A stretch of 64,000 bases of DNA, from positions 344,970 through 408,969 of the forward strand of contig JAWAHS010000001.1 in NCBI GenBank assembly GCA_038889075.1, read 5' to 3'. The position numbers and the translations under genes were made by a program. Source of the DNA: Ignisphaera sp. Its GTDB lineage: Archaea; Thermoproteota; Thermoprotei_A; Sulfolobales; Ignisphaeraceae. The first letter of the stretch is position 1, and every line of letters begins with the position of its first letter. Under the pieces are notes generated by a model that did not search any database, had not been told where the DNA came from, and saw only the letters and a program-made list of their open reading frames with translations. Shown here one piece after another: positions 19,092 through 29,157 of this stretch.

Positions 19092-19733
19092 GTGTATATA
19101 ATGGTTGTAGTCATCTTAGTATATACCGTTGGCTCACCGGATATATATAGAATAAGGGTAGTTAGAGGTGTTGATCAAAGATTTGGAAGGCTAGATATAG
19201 TTGCGCGAATTATGGATGTATTGCTAGATGATGCATTTAAAGATGTTGATAAATATTTAATAGTATATATTGAGAGTATAAAGATGGCTGTACATATAGA
19301 TGTAGACGCTGTTGATAAAAGATTCTATAGAGAGGTGGAACTGTATAACATTCTGTTGCGATGCATAAACAGTAGCACAACATTCTGCTCTAAAATTGAG
19401 ATAGACTTTGAACTGCTTTTGGAAATGCTACAGGCAAGATATGAGATTGCAGTACTTAGTGAGGAGGGCAATATACTATTCCCGGATTGTATAGGAGTAG
19501 ATACTGTATATGTAGTCGGTACGGAAGAAGATCCTCCTAAAGATGTTGTAGCAAGATATAGGAAGATATCAATAGGACCGCTAAGTTATCAGGCGGACCA
19601 AGTTGTTAGTTACTTAGCATGGATCATTGCAAGAGGAAAGTCTAGACGGCCCGATCCCAGCTTAGGTGGGCTGCGGCCCCTCTCGGAAGCCACAGCCTCA
19701 CCTAACGTGGCTGGCTTAACTTCCGGGATCTGA
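19092..19733 (+). CDS. TrmY-like (DUF358) SPOUT methyltransferase
   Basis: GRLDIVAR, VLSEEG, YVVG, ISIGPLSYQADQVV knot motifs. Confidence 0.65.
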   Translation: MYIMVVVILVYTVGSPDIYRIRVVRGVDQRFGRLDIVARIMDVLLDDAFKDVDKYLIVYIESIKMAVHIDVDAVDKRFYREVELYNILLRCINSSTTFCSKIEIDFELLLEMLQARYEIAVLSEEGNILFPDCIGVDTVYVVGTEEDPPKDVVARYRKISIGPLSYQADQVVSYLAWIIARGKSRRPDPSLGGLRPLSEATASPNVAGLTSGI

Positions 19734-19774
19734 CGAGTCCGGGTGTTGCCCAGCCACTATGGCCGGGTCGGGCC
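19648..19774 (-). rRNA. rrf: 5S ribosomal RNA
   Basis: Minus strand GGCCCGACCCGGCCATAG...ACACCCGGACTCGTCAGATCCCGGAAGTTAAGCC...GATCGGGCC with pairing ends; CTTTTAA box about 26 nt upstream. Confidence 0.96.
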
Positions 19775-19785
19775 ATATAACTCCA

Positions 19786-20124
19786 CTAATGTACATTGCT
19801 TAAAAGCTTTACTGTCTTTTCTCTAGTTTCCTTTATTGTCACTGGCACTACATATATCCTCTCTATTACTACGTTAGAATTGCACTTGGGGCATACACCA
19901 TCAATTTTGCCTACGAAATCTCCCTCTCTAAATTCACGTTCTAGTGTATAATCATTGTTTATACACGATGCTATTGTTATTGTTTTTGATGGTTGTTCCT
20001 GTAACTCACTTTTATTTCTTCTCATCATATATCCTAGTCCGGATCTTACGAGATATACTAGTATGGCAACGAAGAATGCTATAAGTACTATTGTGAAGAT
20101 GTTGCTATCTATCTGCATGTACAT
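19786..20124 (-). CDS. Membrane-anchored Zn-ribbon hypothetical protein
   Basis: N-terminal TM helix; EREFREGDFVG...CPKC; overlaps the stop of the DUF1512-like gene. Confidence 0.75.
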   Translation of the reverse strand: MYMQIDSNIFTIVLIAFFVAILVYLVRSGLGYMMRRNKSELQEQPSKTITIASCINNDYTLEREFREGDFVGKIDGVCPKCNSNVVIERIYVVPVTIKETREKTVKLLSNVH

Positions 20125-21245
20125 CAGTACACACCTACACTATTTCCTATGCCAGCAACAATTACATTATCACCTGGTTTCGTTCTGGTTAGTATAATAT
20201 TTAGAACTCTTTGATAAGCTTTATCAATACTTTCTGCAATCTCCTTGGACATCGGCTTTATCGCTTCATCAACACCCATCTTAATTATAACGGCATCGAG
20301 AGGTGCACCACATTTTACAGCTACTCTCTCTATCTCTATTTTTTCAGGACCCGGATCTCCTATAGCAGCTCCTGAACCCTCTGCTATAGTACCCGTCTGT
20401 TCACCCTCAAGTTTTAGAGCGGCATCTATTGTTATGATTCTTGCAACTCTATGTGAAAGCATTTCGGCTATTTTGGATACTCCTTTACCAGGTCTACCTA
20501 CAGTGGCTCCAGGACCTTTTGCTTTGACAATATACACATTCCTACCCTCAATATTAATTAGTGAGTAAACAGTATCTTCATCTATATCTATTCTAGGACT
20601 AAGACCAGCTAATTTAAATGCAACCATAGGTCCCACGGAATCCCCTATTGGAATGCCTTTAAATACACCATCTATTGCTTTTGTATATGGTATTAGCTCC
20701 TTCACAAGCTGTGGCAATAGCAGATACAGTTGCATTAACAGAACCCAGTTCTCATATTTTTTACCAAGTAGGTAATAGTGCCTTAGAACTTTGAACACTG
20801 TAAAAAGGGCAGATGCTATGGCAAGGGAAACTGCTACATTGTTTAAGGTATGTCTGCTTACACCTGGTACAAATCTCTCTAGATCTTTCTTAAATTTATC
20901 CTCATTATTCACTATCATGTGGTCTAGTCTCTTGATAATATCTGTAGGCTCTATAGATACGGGATCTATAACAAAGTAGTTATCGAGAACACCGTTAATG
21001 ACGGCATCGGATTCCTTAATGCCTAGTCTATTGAGATAGCTTTTTACCTTATTTATGCTCTCCCGCACCAGGGTTTCCACAAGCATTAAACGCGTAGCAA
21101 CACCTCTTTCATATCTCATAAATTGCGTCTTTTGAGGCAGATCTGTTAGGAAGTAGAGTATGAATACTGCCCAAAATAATATCGATAATATTGTATTTAG
21201 GTCTATACCACCCCCACCATTAGAGAGAGGCAGTAGTGAAATCGT
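20124..21245 (-). CDS. DUF1512 family protein (N-terminal TM helix; start uncertain)
   Basis: PIGDSVGP, GPGATVG, IDAALKLEGE, GIGNSVG; frame open upstream of ATG 21119 through a TM helix with no ATG/GTG/TTG. Confidence 0.8.
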   Translation of the reverse strand, partial: TISLLPLSNGGGGIDLNTILSILFWAVFILYFLTDLPQKTQFMRYERGVATRLMLVETLVRESINKVKSYLNRLGIKESDAVINGVLDNYFVIDPVSIEPTDIIKRLDHMIVNNEDKFKKDLERFVPGVSRHTLNNVAVSLAIASALFTVFKVLRHYYLLGKKYENWVLLMQLYLLLPQLVKELIPYTKAIDGVFKGIPIGDSVGPMVAFKLAGLSPRIDIDEDTVYSLINIEGRNVYIVKAKGPGATVGRPGKGVSKIAEMLSHRVARIITIDAALKLEGEQTGTIAEGSGAAIGDPGPEKIEIERVAVKCGAPLDAVIIKMGVDEAIKPMSKEIAESIDKAYQRVLNIILTRTKPGDNVIVAGIGNSVGVY

Positions 21246-21370
21246 TTTGCAACACCATGATTTAGCTCTTTGTGCTAGGTAGAAAGCTTAGCATTATAGG
21301 GTTATTAAATTAATATTAACATAATCACAGTGTCGATTGTGTTCTAAAACCTTTTTAATATTTTAACGAT

Positions 21371-22297
21371 TCAACAACCATCCGTTGTCACAATCTTTTC
21401 ACCATTATTACTGATCATTACCGTGTGCTCGTATTGCGCTACAAAACCTTTGGACCTCTCTATAAGTATAGGGTAGCCAACTGCTAATCCTTGGGATAAA
21501 AAGATTTTGATAGAATGCAACAGTAATTCTAATTTGTATCTATCGGTATACCATCTTAGCGCAAATGGTAGTGCTCTCCTTTCGCTATATATAGTATTGA
21601 ATACAATTTGAATATCGCTGCTCAGCTTATTTAATTTCTTAGGATTTAACTTTAGGGAATATATCGTGGTCCTATCCCCATTCTCAACATAGCCTGCACC
21701 TGTTGAGGCAAATGGTTCTATTGCATAGACGCTGCCAGATTTAAAGCTTCCAAAGTTCGTTCTATCTCTAAAATTCGGTATTACATCACCAGCGTGTATT
21801 GTATATCTATCTACACTATGTCCACTCAAATTGTATATAGGGCTGTAGCCGTAGCTCTTTATAGTTTTATCAATAATGCTTCCAACCTCATTAAACTTGA
21901 CTCCCTTATTGACAACCTTAATAGCCCTTTCAAGAGCCTCCCTAGCTGCCTCAGCTAATGTTCTGTATTTTTCATCAAAAACTATGGTTAAGGCTGTATC
22001 TGCTATATAACCATCTACGTGAACTCCTAGATCTATTTTAACAATAGAATTTTCTGTAACCATTAGTTTATCGTCTAGTTCGGGTGTATAATGAGCTGCA
22101 ATGCTATCGACAGAAATATTTGTAGGAAAAGCAGGTGCTGCATTAAGTTCAACAATTCTCTGTTCAACATATTTAGCGATGTCTATGAGGTTCATACCTA
22201 CCTTAACATACTTTTCAACTTCTTTTCTTACAATGCAAGCTATCCTACCTGCCTCAATATATTTTTGAATGGCTTCATCGTCTAACATTAGACACAT
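21371..22297 (-). CDS. map: Methionine aminopeptidase type II
   Basis: AAHYTP, DLGVHVDGYIADTA, NLSGH, AIEPF, AQYEHT. Confidence 0.96.
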   Translation of the reverse strand: MCLMLDDEAIQKYIEAGRIACIVRKEVEKYVKVGMNLIDIAKYVEQRIVELNAAPAFPTNISVDSIAAHYTPELDDKLMVTENSIVKIDLGVHVDGYIADTALTIVFDEKYRTLAEAAREALERAIKVVNKGVKFNEVGSIIDKTIKSYGYSPIYNLSGHSVDRYTIHAGDVIPNFRDRTNFGSFKSGSVYAIEPFASTGAGYVENGDRTTIYSLKLNPKKLNKLSSDIQIVFNTIYSERRALPFALRWYTDRYKLELLLHSIKIFLSQGLAVGYPILIERSKGFVAQYEHTVMISNNGEKIVTTDGC

Positions 22298-22359
22298 CCA
22301 TAAAGTTTTTGTTTTGTACTATGAAAATATTTTACTCTGAATAAATATCTATTCCCCAA

Positions 22360-23088
22360 ATGAAAGTATTTTATATAATTTTGGTGATAATAATGTTTAG
22401 CATAAAATGGCTAGGCCATGCAGCATTTGTAATAGAACTTGCTAATAGAATAGTTTTAATTGATCCTTGGATAACAAATCCCCTATCTCCATATAAAAGT
22501 GTAGATAGCTTTATAAAAGAGTATCATAGGATAGACTATATGATTGTAACCCATGATCATGGTGATCATGTAGGTGAATCCGTAGAACTCCTAAGAAGAT
22601 ATAGAGATGTAAAGATATGTGGTATATTTGAATTAGCTGAGCATCTCGCTAGTGAAGCAAAGGCTATTGATAGATCGGTGCCGGGAAATATCGGAGGTCC
22701 TATAAAACTAGATGAGTTAGTAACAATAGTATTCACACCAGCAAATCACAGCTCATCCAAAGGTGTAGCAAGTGGAGTGGTTATCATATCAGAAAATTTC
22801 TCCATTTATCACGCTGGTGATACAGGGCTGTTTAGTGAGATGGCATTGATATCAGAGTTATACAAACCCACAGTAGCACTCCTTCCAATAGGGGGTCACT
22901 TTACAATGGGTGTAAAAGAAGCTGTTAAAGCTGTTGAGCTTCTTAAACCTCGATATGTCATACCCATGCACTATAATACATTTGATGTAATTAAAGCGGA
23001 GCCTACTGAATTTAGTAAGATGGTTGAAGATAGAAGATTGGATACAACTGTGATAATACTTAAACCAGGAGAAAAATACAGCTTTTAA
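22360..23088 (+). CDS. Metallo-beta-lactamase-fold hydrolase (UPF0173)
   Basis: WLGHA, IDPW, THDHGDH, YHAGDT, PMHY. Confidence 0.9.
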   Translation: MKVFYIILVIIMFSIKWLGHAAFVIELANRIVLIDPWITNPLSPYKSVDSFIKEYHRIDYMIVTHDHGDHVGESVELLRRYRDVKICGIFELAEHLASEAKAIDRSVPGNIGGPIKLDELVTIVFTPANHSSSKGVASGVVIISENFSIYHAGDTGLFSEMALISELYKPTVALLPIGGHFTMGVKEAVKAVELLKPRYVIPMHYNTFDVIKAEPTEFSKMVEDRRLDTTVIILKPGEKYSF

Positions 23089-23357
23089 CTTATCTTACCT
23101 TAACCTCTCCAACACGTATTTAGGATACCTCTTTTTAAATCAATCCTCAGGATAATTTAGGCATACAACCATTATATATACATCTATTTCCACGAGGCCA
23201 GCGCAGATTACTGTGATGTATTTATTAAGAATATATTAAAAGTATCAATATATTTATATATAGCTTTGCTAGGTGCATGCAAAGACATAAAAATATAAAT
23301 ACCCTATCGACATGAAGATACAGATGTTAAACCACCTATACCCTATGGGGGTTATAT

Positions 23358-24872
23358 ATTGTTTTAGAAGAAAAACTGGAACCTCTATCAAAGAGTGAAA
23401 TAGAGTTACTTAGAAAACTTATTGAAGTAGGCAAACCTATAGAGCTCTCAGAGCTTGCAGAGAGATACGGAATACCGTTAACAACAATCTCATCAGTAGC
23501 TGAGCTACTAAGATCTAAGAATATTGTAGTAGTTGAAGATGTTGAGAAGATATATGGATTGGTTTCTGAAGAAGGTCTAAGGTACATCGATGCATTACCT
23601 GAAGAAAGGATTGCCTTAGTTTTAAAGGAATTAGGCGGTAGTGCACCGATAGATAAAATTGAAAATATGCTAGGCAAGGAGCAGGCAAATATTGGCATAG
23701 CATGGGCTAGAAAAAGAGGGTGGATTGTAGTAGAAGGGGGGAATGTAAAGCTAAAGGAGTTTAGAGTCCTTGAGGAACACCATAAGATGCTTAAAATGTT
23801 TATCAATAAGTGCGAGGTATCTCAAGAACTCCTAGAAAGTAGAGTATTTCAAGAGTTGGTTAAGAGGAGGCTTATAATTACTTCAAAGAAGAAGCTTAAA
23901 GTAATTAAGCTTGCCATTAGTGTAGATGAGGCTTTAAGGATTATTGAGTATGGTGAAGGAATCTCTAGATTAACACGTGATATAATTGTTAATAGAGTAT
24001 GGGAGAAGGCTAGGATTAAACCATACAATATTGAGGCATTGCCTCCCATTAAATATTGTGGAAAGAAACACTTCTTCAAGGAATTCATAGAGATGTTGAA
24101 AGAGATCATGGATAGTCTGGGTTTTAGTGAGGTAAAGGATGACTATGTTATACCAGAGCTGTGGAATTTCGATATACTATTCCAGGCGCAAGATCATCCA
24201 TCGAGGGACATCCACGATATACTTATAGTTGAAGGTAATGCAGATCTATCAGGCTATGCAGATATTGTTGAAAGAACTAGAAACGTTCATGAAAAGGGAG
24301 GCACGAGTGGTAGTATGGGGTGGGGATATAAATGGAGTTTAGAAAAGGCCTCCAAACTTATATTGAGGTCCCACACTACAGCGGTTACGGCTAGATATCT
24401 GATGCTTTATAGGGAGCCTCCAGTAAGACTGTATACAATTGATAGAGTCTTTAGAAGGGATAACCCCGATGCTAGGCACTCGCCTGAATTCACAAATTTT
24501 GATGGAGTTATCATGGAGAGAGACTTCAGCTTTCGAAAACTCCTTGGACTACTTAGCCAGATACTAAAACAGCTAGGTATTAAAGAATTCAAATTCAAAC
24601 CAGCATACTTTCCATTCACAGAACCCAGCGTTGAAGGGTACGGCTATGTAGCAGGGTATGGATGGATTGAGGTATTCGGAGCTGGCATGTTCCGTCCCGA
24701 GGTTTTAGAAATACTTGGTATAAGATACCCTGTTGGTGCATGGGGAATGGGTGTGGAGAGGCTGGCCATGGTTGTATATGGCATAGAGGACATTAGACTG
24801 CTATTTTCAAGGGATATAGAGTTTGTTAGAAAGTTTCAAGTTTCAAGAGTATACAGATCTGAGGGTGTATAG
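23358..24872 (+). CDS. pheS: Phenylalanine-tRNA ligase alpha subunit (probable ATT start)
   Basis: LRSHTT, RVFRRD..DARHSPEF, YFPFTEPS, GAGMFRPE; frame open from 23331 encoding the N-terminal winged helix. Confidence 0.95.
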   Translation: MVLEEKLEPLSKSEIELLRKLIEVGKPIELSELAERYGIPLTTISSVAELLRSKNIVVVEDVEKIYGLVSEEGLRYIDALPEERIALVLKELGGSAPIDKIENMLGKEQANIGIAWARKRGWIVVEGGNVKLKEFRVLEEHHKMLKMFINKCEVSQELLESRVFQELVKRRLIITSKKKLKVIKLAISVDEALRIIEYGEGISRLTRDIIVNRVWEKARIKPYNIEALPPIKYCGKKHFFKEFIEMLKEIMDSLGFSEVKDDYVIPELWNFDILFQAQDHPSRDIHDILIVEGNADLSGYADIVERTRNVHEKGGTSGSMGWGYKWSLEKASKLILRSHTTAVTARYLMLYREPPVRLYTIDRVFRRDNPDARHSPEFTNFDGVIMERDFSFRKLLGLLSQILKQLGIKEFKFKPAYFPFTEPSVEGYGYVAGYGWIEVFGAGMFRPEVLEILGIRYPVGAWGMGVERLAMVVYGIEDIRLLFSRDIEFVRKFQVSRVYRSEGV

Positions 24873-24874
24873 AT

Positions 24875-26548
24875 GTGCCCGTAGTGAAAACTAAACTAGC
24901 TAGGCTACTCAGTCTGATAGGCATAGATAATGTTGAGTTACTACGGGATGCATTATTTAATTTGAAGTGTGAATCTGAAATTAATGGAGAGGAAATCTCT
25001 ATAGAGGTTCAAAGCGATAGAGTTGACATGTTTTCAGTTGAGGGAATAGCCTATGCTGTAAGGCTTTACCTAGGAATGACAAGTCCATCTATTATAGAAA
25101 TTGAAAATATTGGATTTAGGGTCTATGTGGATATACCTTTAAAGAGACCGTATATAGCTATTGCAGCAGTTAGGAACATCAATTTAAATGAGGATTTGTT
25201 AAAGGACTTGATAGAATTCCAAGAGAGGCTCCATATAACATATGGAAGAAATAGAAGGAGGGTTGCCATAGGCTTGCACGATCTAGATAAACTTCCCGCA
25301 AATACTATATTCTATCGTGATGTAGATGTAGATAACACATTTATGATTCCACTACACGATTATAGAAGGATGAGCGTAAGAGATGTGTTAAGGGTTACTG
25401 AACAGGGTATGTTATATGGATCTATAGCTATTAACGATAGTAAACACCCAGCAATACTATCTGGAGATGAAGTTATATCGCTTCCACCTGTCATAAATAG
25501 TGATATAACGCGGTTAGAACCGTCTACGAAAAGTATTCTGATCGATGTTACTGGAACAGATATGAAGGCTGTTGAGGTAGTTCTGAATTCCATTATACAC
25601 GCACTCACAATACATAGCAAAAGCATCATGGCAGCTGAAATTCTGTATCCTCATCAAAAACTGGTTACACCTAACTTGGCATGGAGGAGGATATCTGTAG
25701 ACATCGATTTCATTTCCACGTGGCTTGGTCTTGAAAAAGAATACATTTATCATAAAGCTGGTTTAGCATTATCACGAACAGGATATATACTGAGTAGTGC
25801 CAACAAAAAGCATCTAGAGGTGCTGGTACCCTACTACCGAGCAGATATACTTCATCAAGTCGATGTTGTTGAAGATATGGCTATAGGGATAGGCTATAAT
25901 AATATTGAGCTGGAACCTGTTGCACCTATTGAAATGAAAAAGAGGAAAGCTGGTAGGATTATTAGCAGTATATTAAGGGAGGTGCTGGTAGGATTAGGGT
26001 ATACGGAAACAAATACTTTGACAATGGTGCCGTCGAAATTCCTAGAGCTTATAAATGTGACGGATTTCATTAAGATAGTAAACGCACCATCTACAGAGAT
26101 GGATGCTTTAAGGAATAGTCTACTACAGTCTATGCTAATTCTTCTAGTTAATGCACAGCATCTACCCCTACCTATAAAACTGTTTGAAATAGGCGACGTT
26201 ATCCTAAAATGTGATGGGTGCTATAATAGGTGGATTAATGAACAGAGAGCTGCGTGGGTTATCATGGATAGTGAAATTAAATTTGAGGATATACATGCAG
26301 ATCTATATGTAGTTCTAAGGGAATTGATGTTGGATAATGTAGCTACCATAAAAAGGTGCTTTAAGCCGCCATTTATTAACGGTAGATGTGGGTGTATAGA
26401 GTTGAATAGTACATCTATTGGTGTGATAGGCGAGGTAGATCCGGAGGTACTCTTGAGAATTGGTATCGAGTACCCAGTTGCATGTGCTGAACTATCTATA
26501 GATCAGCTCTCTATAGCTCTTAAGTCTAGGACTAGAAATAGCTACTAG
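24875..26548 (+). CDS. pheT: Phenylalanine-tRNA ligase beta subunit
   Basis: DRVDMFSVEG, QERLH, SLPPVINS, RADILHQVDVVED. Confidence 0.95.
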   Translation: MPVVKTKLARLLSLIGIDNVELLRDALFNLKCESEINGEEISIEVQSDRVDMFSVEGIAYAVRLYLGMTSPSIIEIENIGFRVYVDIPLKRPYIAIAAVRNINLNEDLLKDLIEFQERLHITYGRNRRRVAIGLHDLDKLPANTIFYRDVDVDNTFMIPLHDYRRMSVRDVLRVTEQGMLYGSIAINDSKHPAILSGDEVISLPPVINSDITRLEPSTKSILIDVTGTDMKAVEVVLNSIIHALTIHSKSIMAAEILYPHQKLVTPNLAWRRISVDIDFISTWLGLEKEYIYHKAGLALSRTGYILSSANKKHLEVLVPYYRADILHQVDVVEDMAIGIGYNNIELEPVAPIEMKKRKAGRIISSILREVLVGLGYTETNTLTMVPSKFLELINVTDFIKIVNAPSTEMDALRNSLLQSMLILLVNAQHLPLPIKLFEIGDVILKCDGCYNRWINEQRAAWVIMDSEIKFEDIHADLYVVLRELMLDNVATIKRCFKPPFINGRCGCIELNSTSIGVIGEVDPEVLLRIGIEYPVACAELSIDQLSIALKSRTRNSY

Positions 26549-26584
26549 TATTGAACTGCATACCTACTGATATAGGGTGTTTAC

Positions 26585-27670
26585 ATGGATATAGACAGTA
26601 AGATTAGTATAATTAAGAGAAATACTGTTGAAATTATTACTGAGGACGAACTTAGACTACTCCTTGGTGAGGGTAGAAGGCTCAGAGGATACATAGGGTT
26701 TGAACCTAGTGGCATCTTTCACATAGGCTGGCTTGTATGGAGCTACAAATTTAAGGATTTAGTTGATGTAGGTGTTGAGATGATACTATTTGCTGCTACA
26801 TGGCATGCTTGGATAAATGATAAACTTGGTGGTAGAATTGAATTGATAAGAGCAGCAGCGAGGCACGTTGTAAAGGTTTTGGAGTCTATAGGAGTTAATA
26901 TGACGAGAGTTAGGGTAGTGTTTTCCGACGAACTAGTCAATAGGATAGATTACTGGGAGAAGGTGTTAAAGATTGCAAAGAATGTTAGTCTAAGTAGAGT
27001 TAGGAGAGCTCTAACAATCATGGGTAGAAGAGCAGATGAAGCAGAGCTGGATTTCTCCAAACTTATATACCCATTGATGCAGGTAGCCGATATATTTGAA
27101 ATGGACCTAGATATAGCACTAGGTGGAATCGATCAGAGAAAAGCCCATATGTTGGCTAGAGATGTTGCTGAAAAGCTAGGTTTTAGAAAACCTATAGCAA
27201 TACATACTCCCCTACTTCCATCATTAAAAGGTGTAAGCAGAATGTCTTTTGAAGGTATGGAGATCGATGAAGTAATGTCTGAAATTAAAATGAGCAAGTC
27301 TAGACCCGAAGAAGCACTGTTTATTACAGATGACGATGAAAGCATCAGAAAGAAGATAAGAGGGGCATATTGTCCACCAAAGGAAATAGAAAATAATCCT
27401 ATACTACATATAGCTAAATACATAGTATTTGGACAAGGAGAAAGAAGATTTACAATATACCGTAAGCCAGAGCACGGAGGAACCATCGATGTTTATAGCT
27501 ATGACGAGCTTGAAGCACTTTATAGGGATGGGAAACTCCATCCGCTGGATTTAAAGAATGCTATAGCAGATGAGCTTATAAAGGTTATTAAACCTATTAG
27601 AGAAGCACTATACAGTGAAAAAGAGCTTTGGATAGAGCTTAGAGAGATAGAGAAGAGCGTTACAAGGTGA
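26585..27670 (+). CDS. tyrS: Tyrosine-tRNA ligase
   Basis: YIGFEPSG..HIG, YPLMQVAD, GGIDQRKAH, KMSKS. Confidence 0.97.
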   Translation: MDIDSKISIIKRNTVEIITEDELRLLLGEGRRLRGYIGFEPSGIFHIGWLVWSYKFKDLVDVGVEMILFAATWHAWINDKLGGRIELIRAAARHVVKVLESIGVNMTRVRVVFSDELVNRIDYWEKVLKIAKNVSLSRVRRALTIMGRRADEAELDFSKLIYPLMQVADIFEMDLDIALGGIDQRKAHMLARDVAEKLGFRKPIAIHTPLLPSLKGVSRMSFEGMEIDEVMSEIKMSKSRPEEALFITDDDESIRKKIRGAYCPPKEIENNPILHIAKYIVFGQGERRFTIYRKPEHGGTIDVYSYDELEALYRDGKLHPLDLKNAIADELIKVIKPIREALYSEKELWIELREIEKSVTR

Positions 27671-27689
27671 AACCTAAGTTAAATGGGGA

Positions 27690-28985
27690 TTGAGTACAAT
27701 GGCCAAGTATGTTATAAGAGCAAAAATAGAAATAGATGGAGAAGTAGAGAAATCGGATATCATAGGAGCAATATTCGGATTCACAGAGGGAATGTTTGGT
27801 GAAGAATTCGATTTAAGAGACCTTCAGGATAAGGGAAGAATAGGGAGGATAAGCGTTGATATAAAGTCTGAAAAGGGAAAAACTATAGGGGAAATACTCA
27901 TACCATCCAATCTAGATAGAGTTGAAACAGCTCTTCTTGGAGCCATGATAGAGGGTATTGAGAAGGTGGGACCCTATCAAGCTAAAATACAAGTCATAGA
28001 TATCGTTGACATTAGGGCAGAAAAACTTAAGAAGATTATGGAGAGGGCATCAGAGCTCGCTAAAAAATTCTTCATAGAGAAAACGCCAGATCTTAAAGAA
28101 GTACTAGGACATATATCTGAGAGTATAAGAATTGCTGAGCTAGTACTATATGGACCCGAGAAACTGCCAGCTGGACCGGATGTCGATAAAAGTGATACCA
28201 TAATCATCGTAGAGGGTAGGGCGGATGTTCTAAACATGCTACGCTATGGATATAGAAACGTCATAGCGCTAGAAGGAGCACATGGTACAAAGATTCCCGA
28301 AGTTATAATTAAATTAGCATCCAAAAAGAATACCATTCTTTTCGTTGATGGAGATAGAATGGGAGAATTGATAGCCAGAGACGTTGTAAAGGTGGCTGAT
28401 ATTGATTATATTGCTAGAGCTCCACCTGGAAAGGAAGTTGAAGAATTAACTGGGAAGGAGATAGCTAAGGCTCTAAAGAATCTCATACCAGCTAAGCAAT
28501 TTGTAGAAATGATTGAAAAGAAGCCAGTAGAGACTGTGCCAGAGATACAGCAGCCACAGACTATCGAACAGGTTCAGCAAATTAAACAGGAAGCTACCGC
28601 TACAACTGCCACGGAGGTGCAGCAAATTACCCCAATGCCAGAGATGAAAGTTGAGGCTAAACCATCTGAAGCATTTGAAATACCTCTTACTGTAATTAAT
28701 GAAGGGAAAAAACTTTTGGGAACATTAGAGGCTATGCTTTTCGATAACAATTGGAATGTCATTGATAGGATATCAGTAAGAGATCTCATTGAAAAAATGC
28801 AACAGCTGGATTACGGTAAAGTCCAAGCAGTAGTTTTCGACGGTATAGTAACACAGAGACTCTTAGATGTAGCCTCATCAAAAGGGGTAAAATTGGTCAT
28901 AGGAATTAGAATAGGAAATATATCAAAAAAGCCGGATAATATAATTGTTATGACATTTCAGGATATATTTGGTGTGTCGTCTTAA
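27690..28985 (+). CDS. dnaG: Archaeal DnaG (exosome-associated, TOPRIM)
   Basis: GRIGRI, VEGRADV, DGDRMG; Gln/Thr-rich linker. Confidence 0.95.
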   Translation: MSTMAKYVIRAKIEIDGEVEKSDIIGAIFGFTEGMFGEEFDLRDLQDKGRIGRISVDIKSEKGKTIGEILIPSNLDRVETALLGAMIEGIEKVGPYQAKIQVIDIVDIRAEKLKKIMERASELAKKFFIEKTPDLKEVLGHISESIRIAELVLYGPEKLPAGPDVDKSDTIIIVEGRADVLNMLRYGYRNVIALEGAHGTKIPEVIIKLASKKNTILFVDGDRMGELIARDVVKVADIDYIARAPPGKEVEELTGKEIAKALKNLIPAKQFVEMIEKKPVETVPEIQQPQTIEQVQQIKQEATATTATEVQQITPMPEMKVEAKPSEAFEIPLTVINEGKKLLGTLEAMLFDNNWNVIDRISVRDLIEKMQQLDYGKVQAVVFDGIVTQRLLDVASSKGVKLVIGIRIGNISKKPDNIIVMTFQDIFGVSS

Positions 28986-29157
28986 AGTTTTATATAGTAA
29001 AGGAATCTTATTTAATTATTTTCTCATACTTACTGCCCCTATAAAAGTAGTGCATCCTTTAAACCTCTTTATCAATACTTCGAAATTTTCCATCAAATAA
29101 ACAGTTTAGAACACCATAATAGAGAGCGCCATAGATAACATATATTATCACTGTAAA

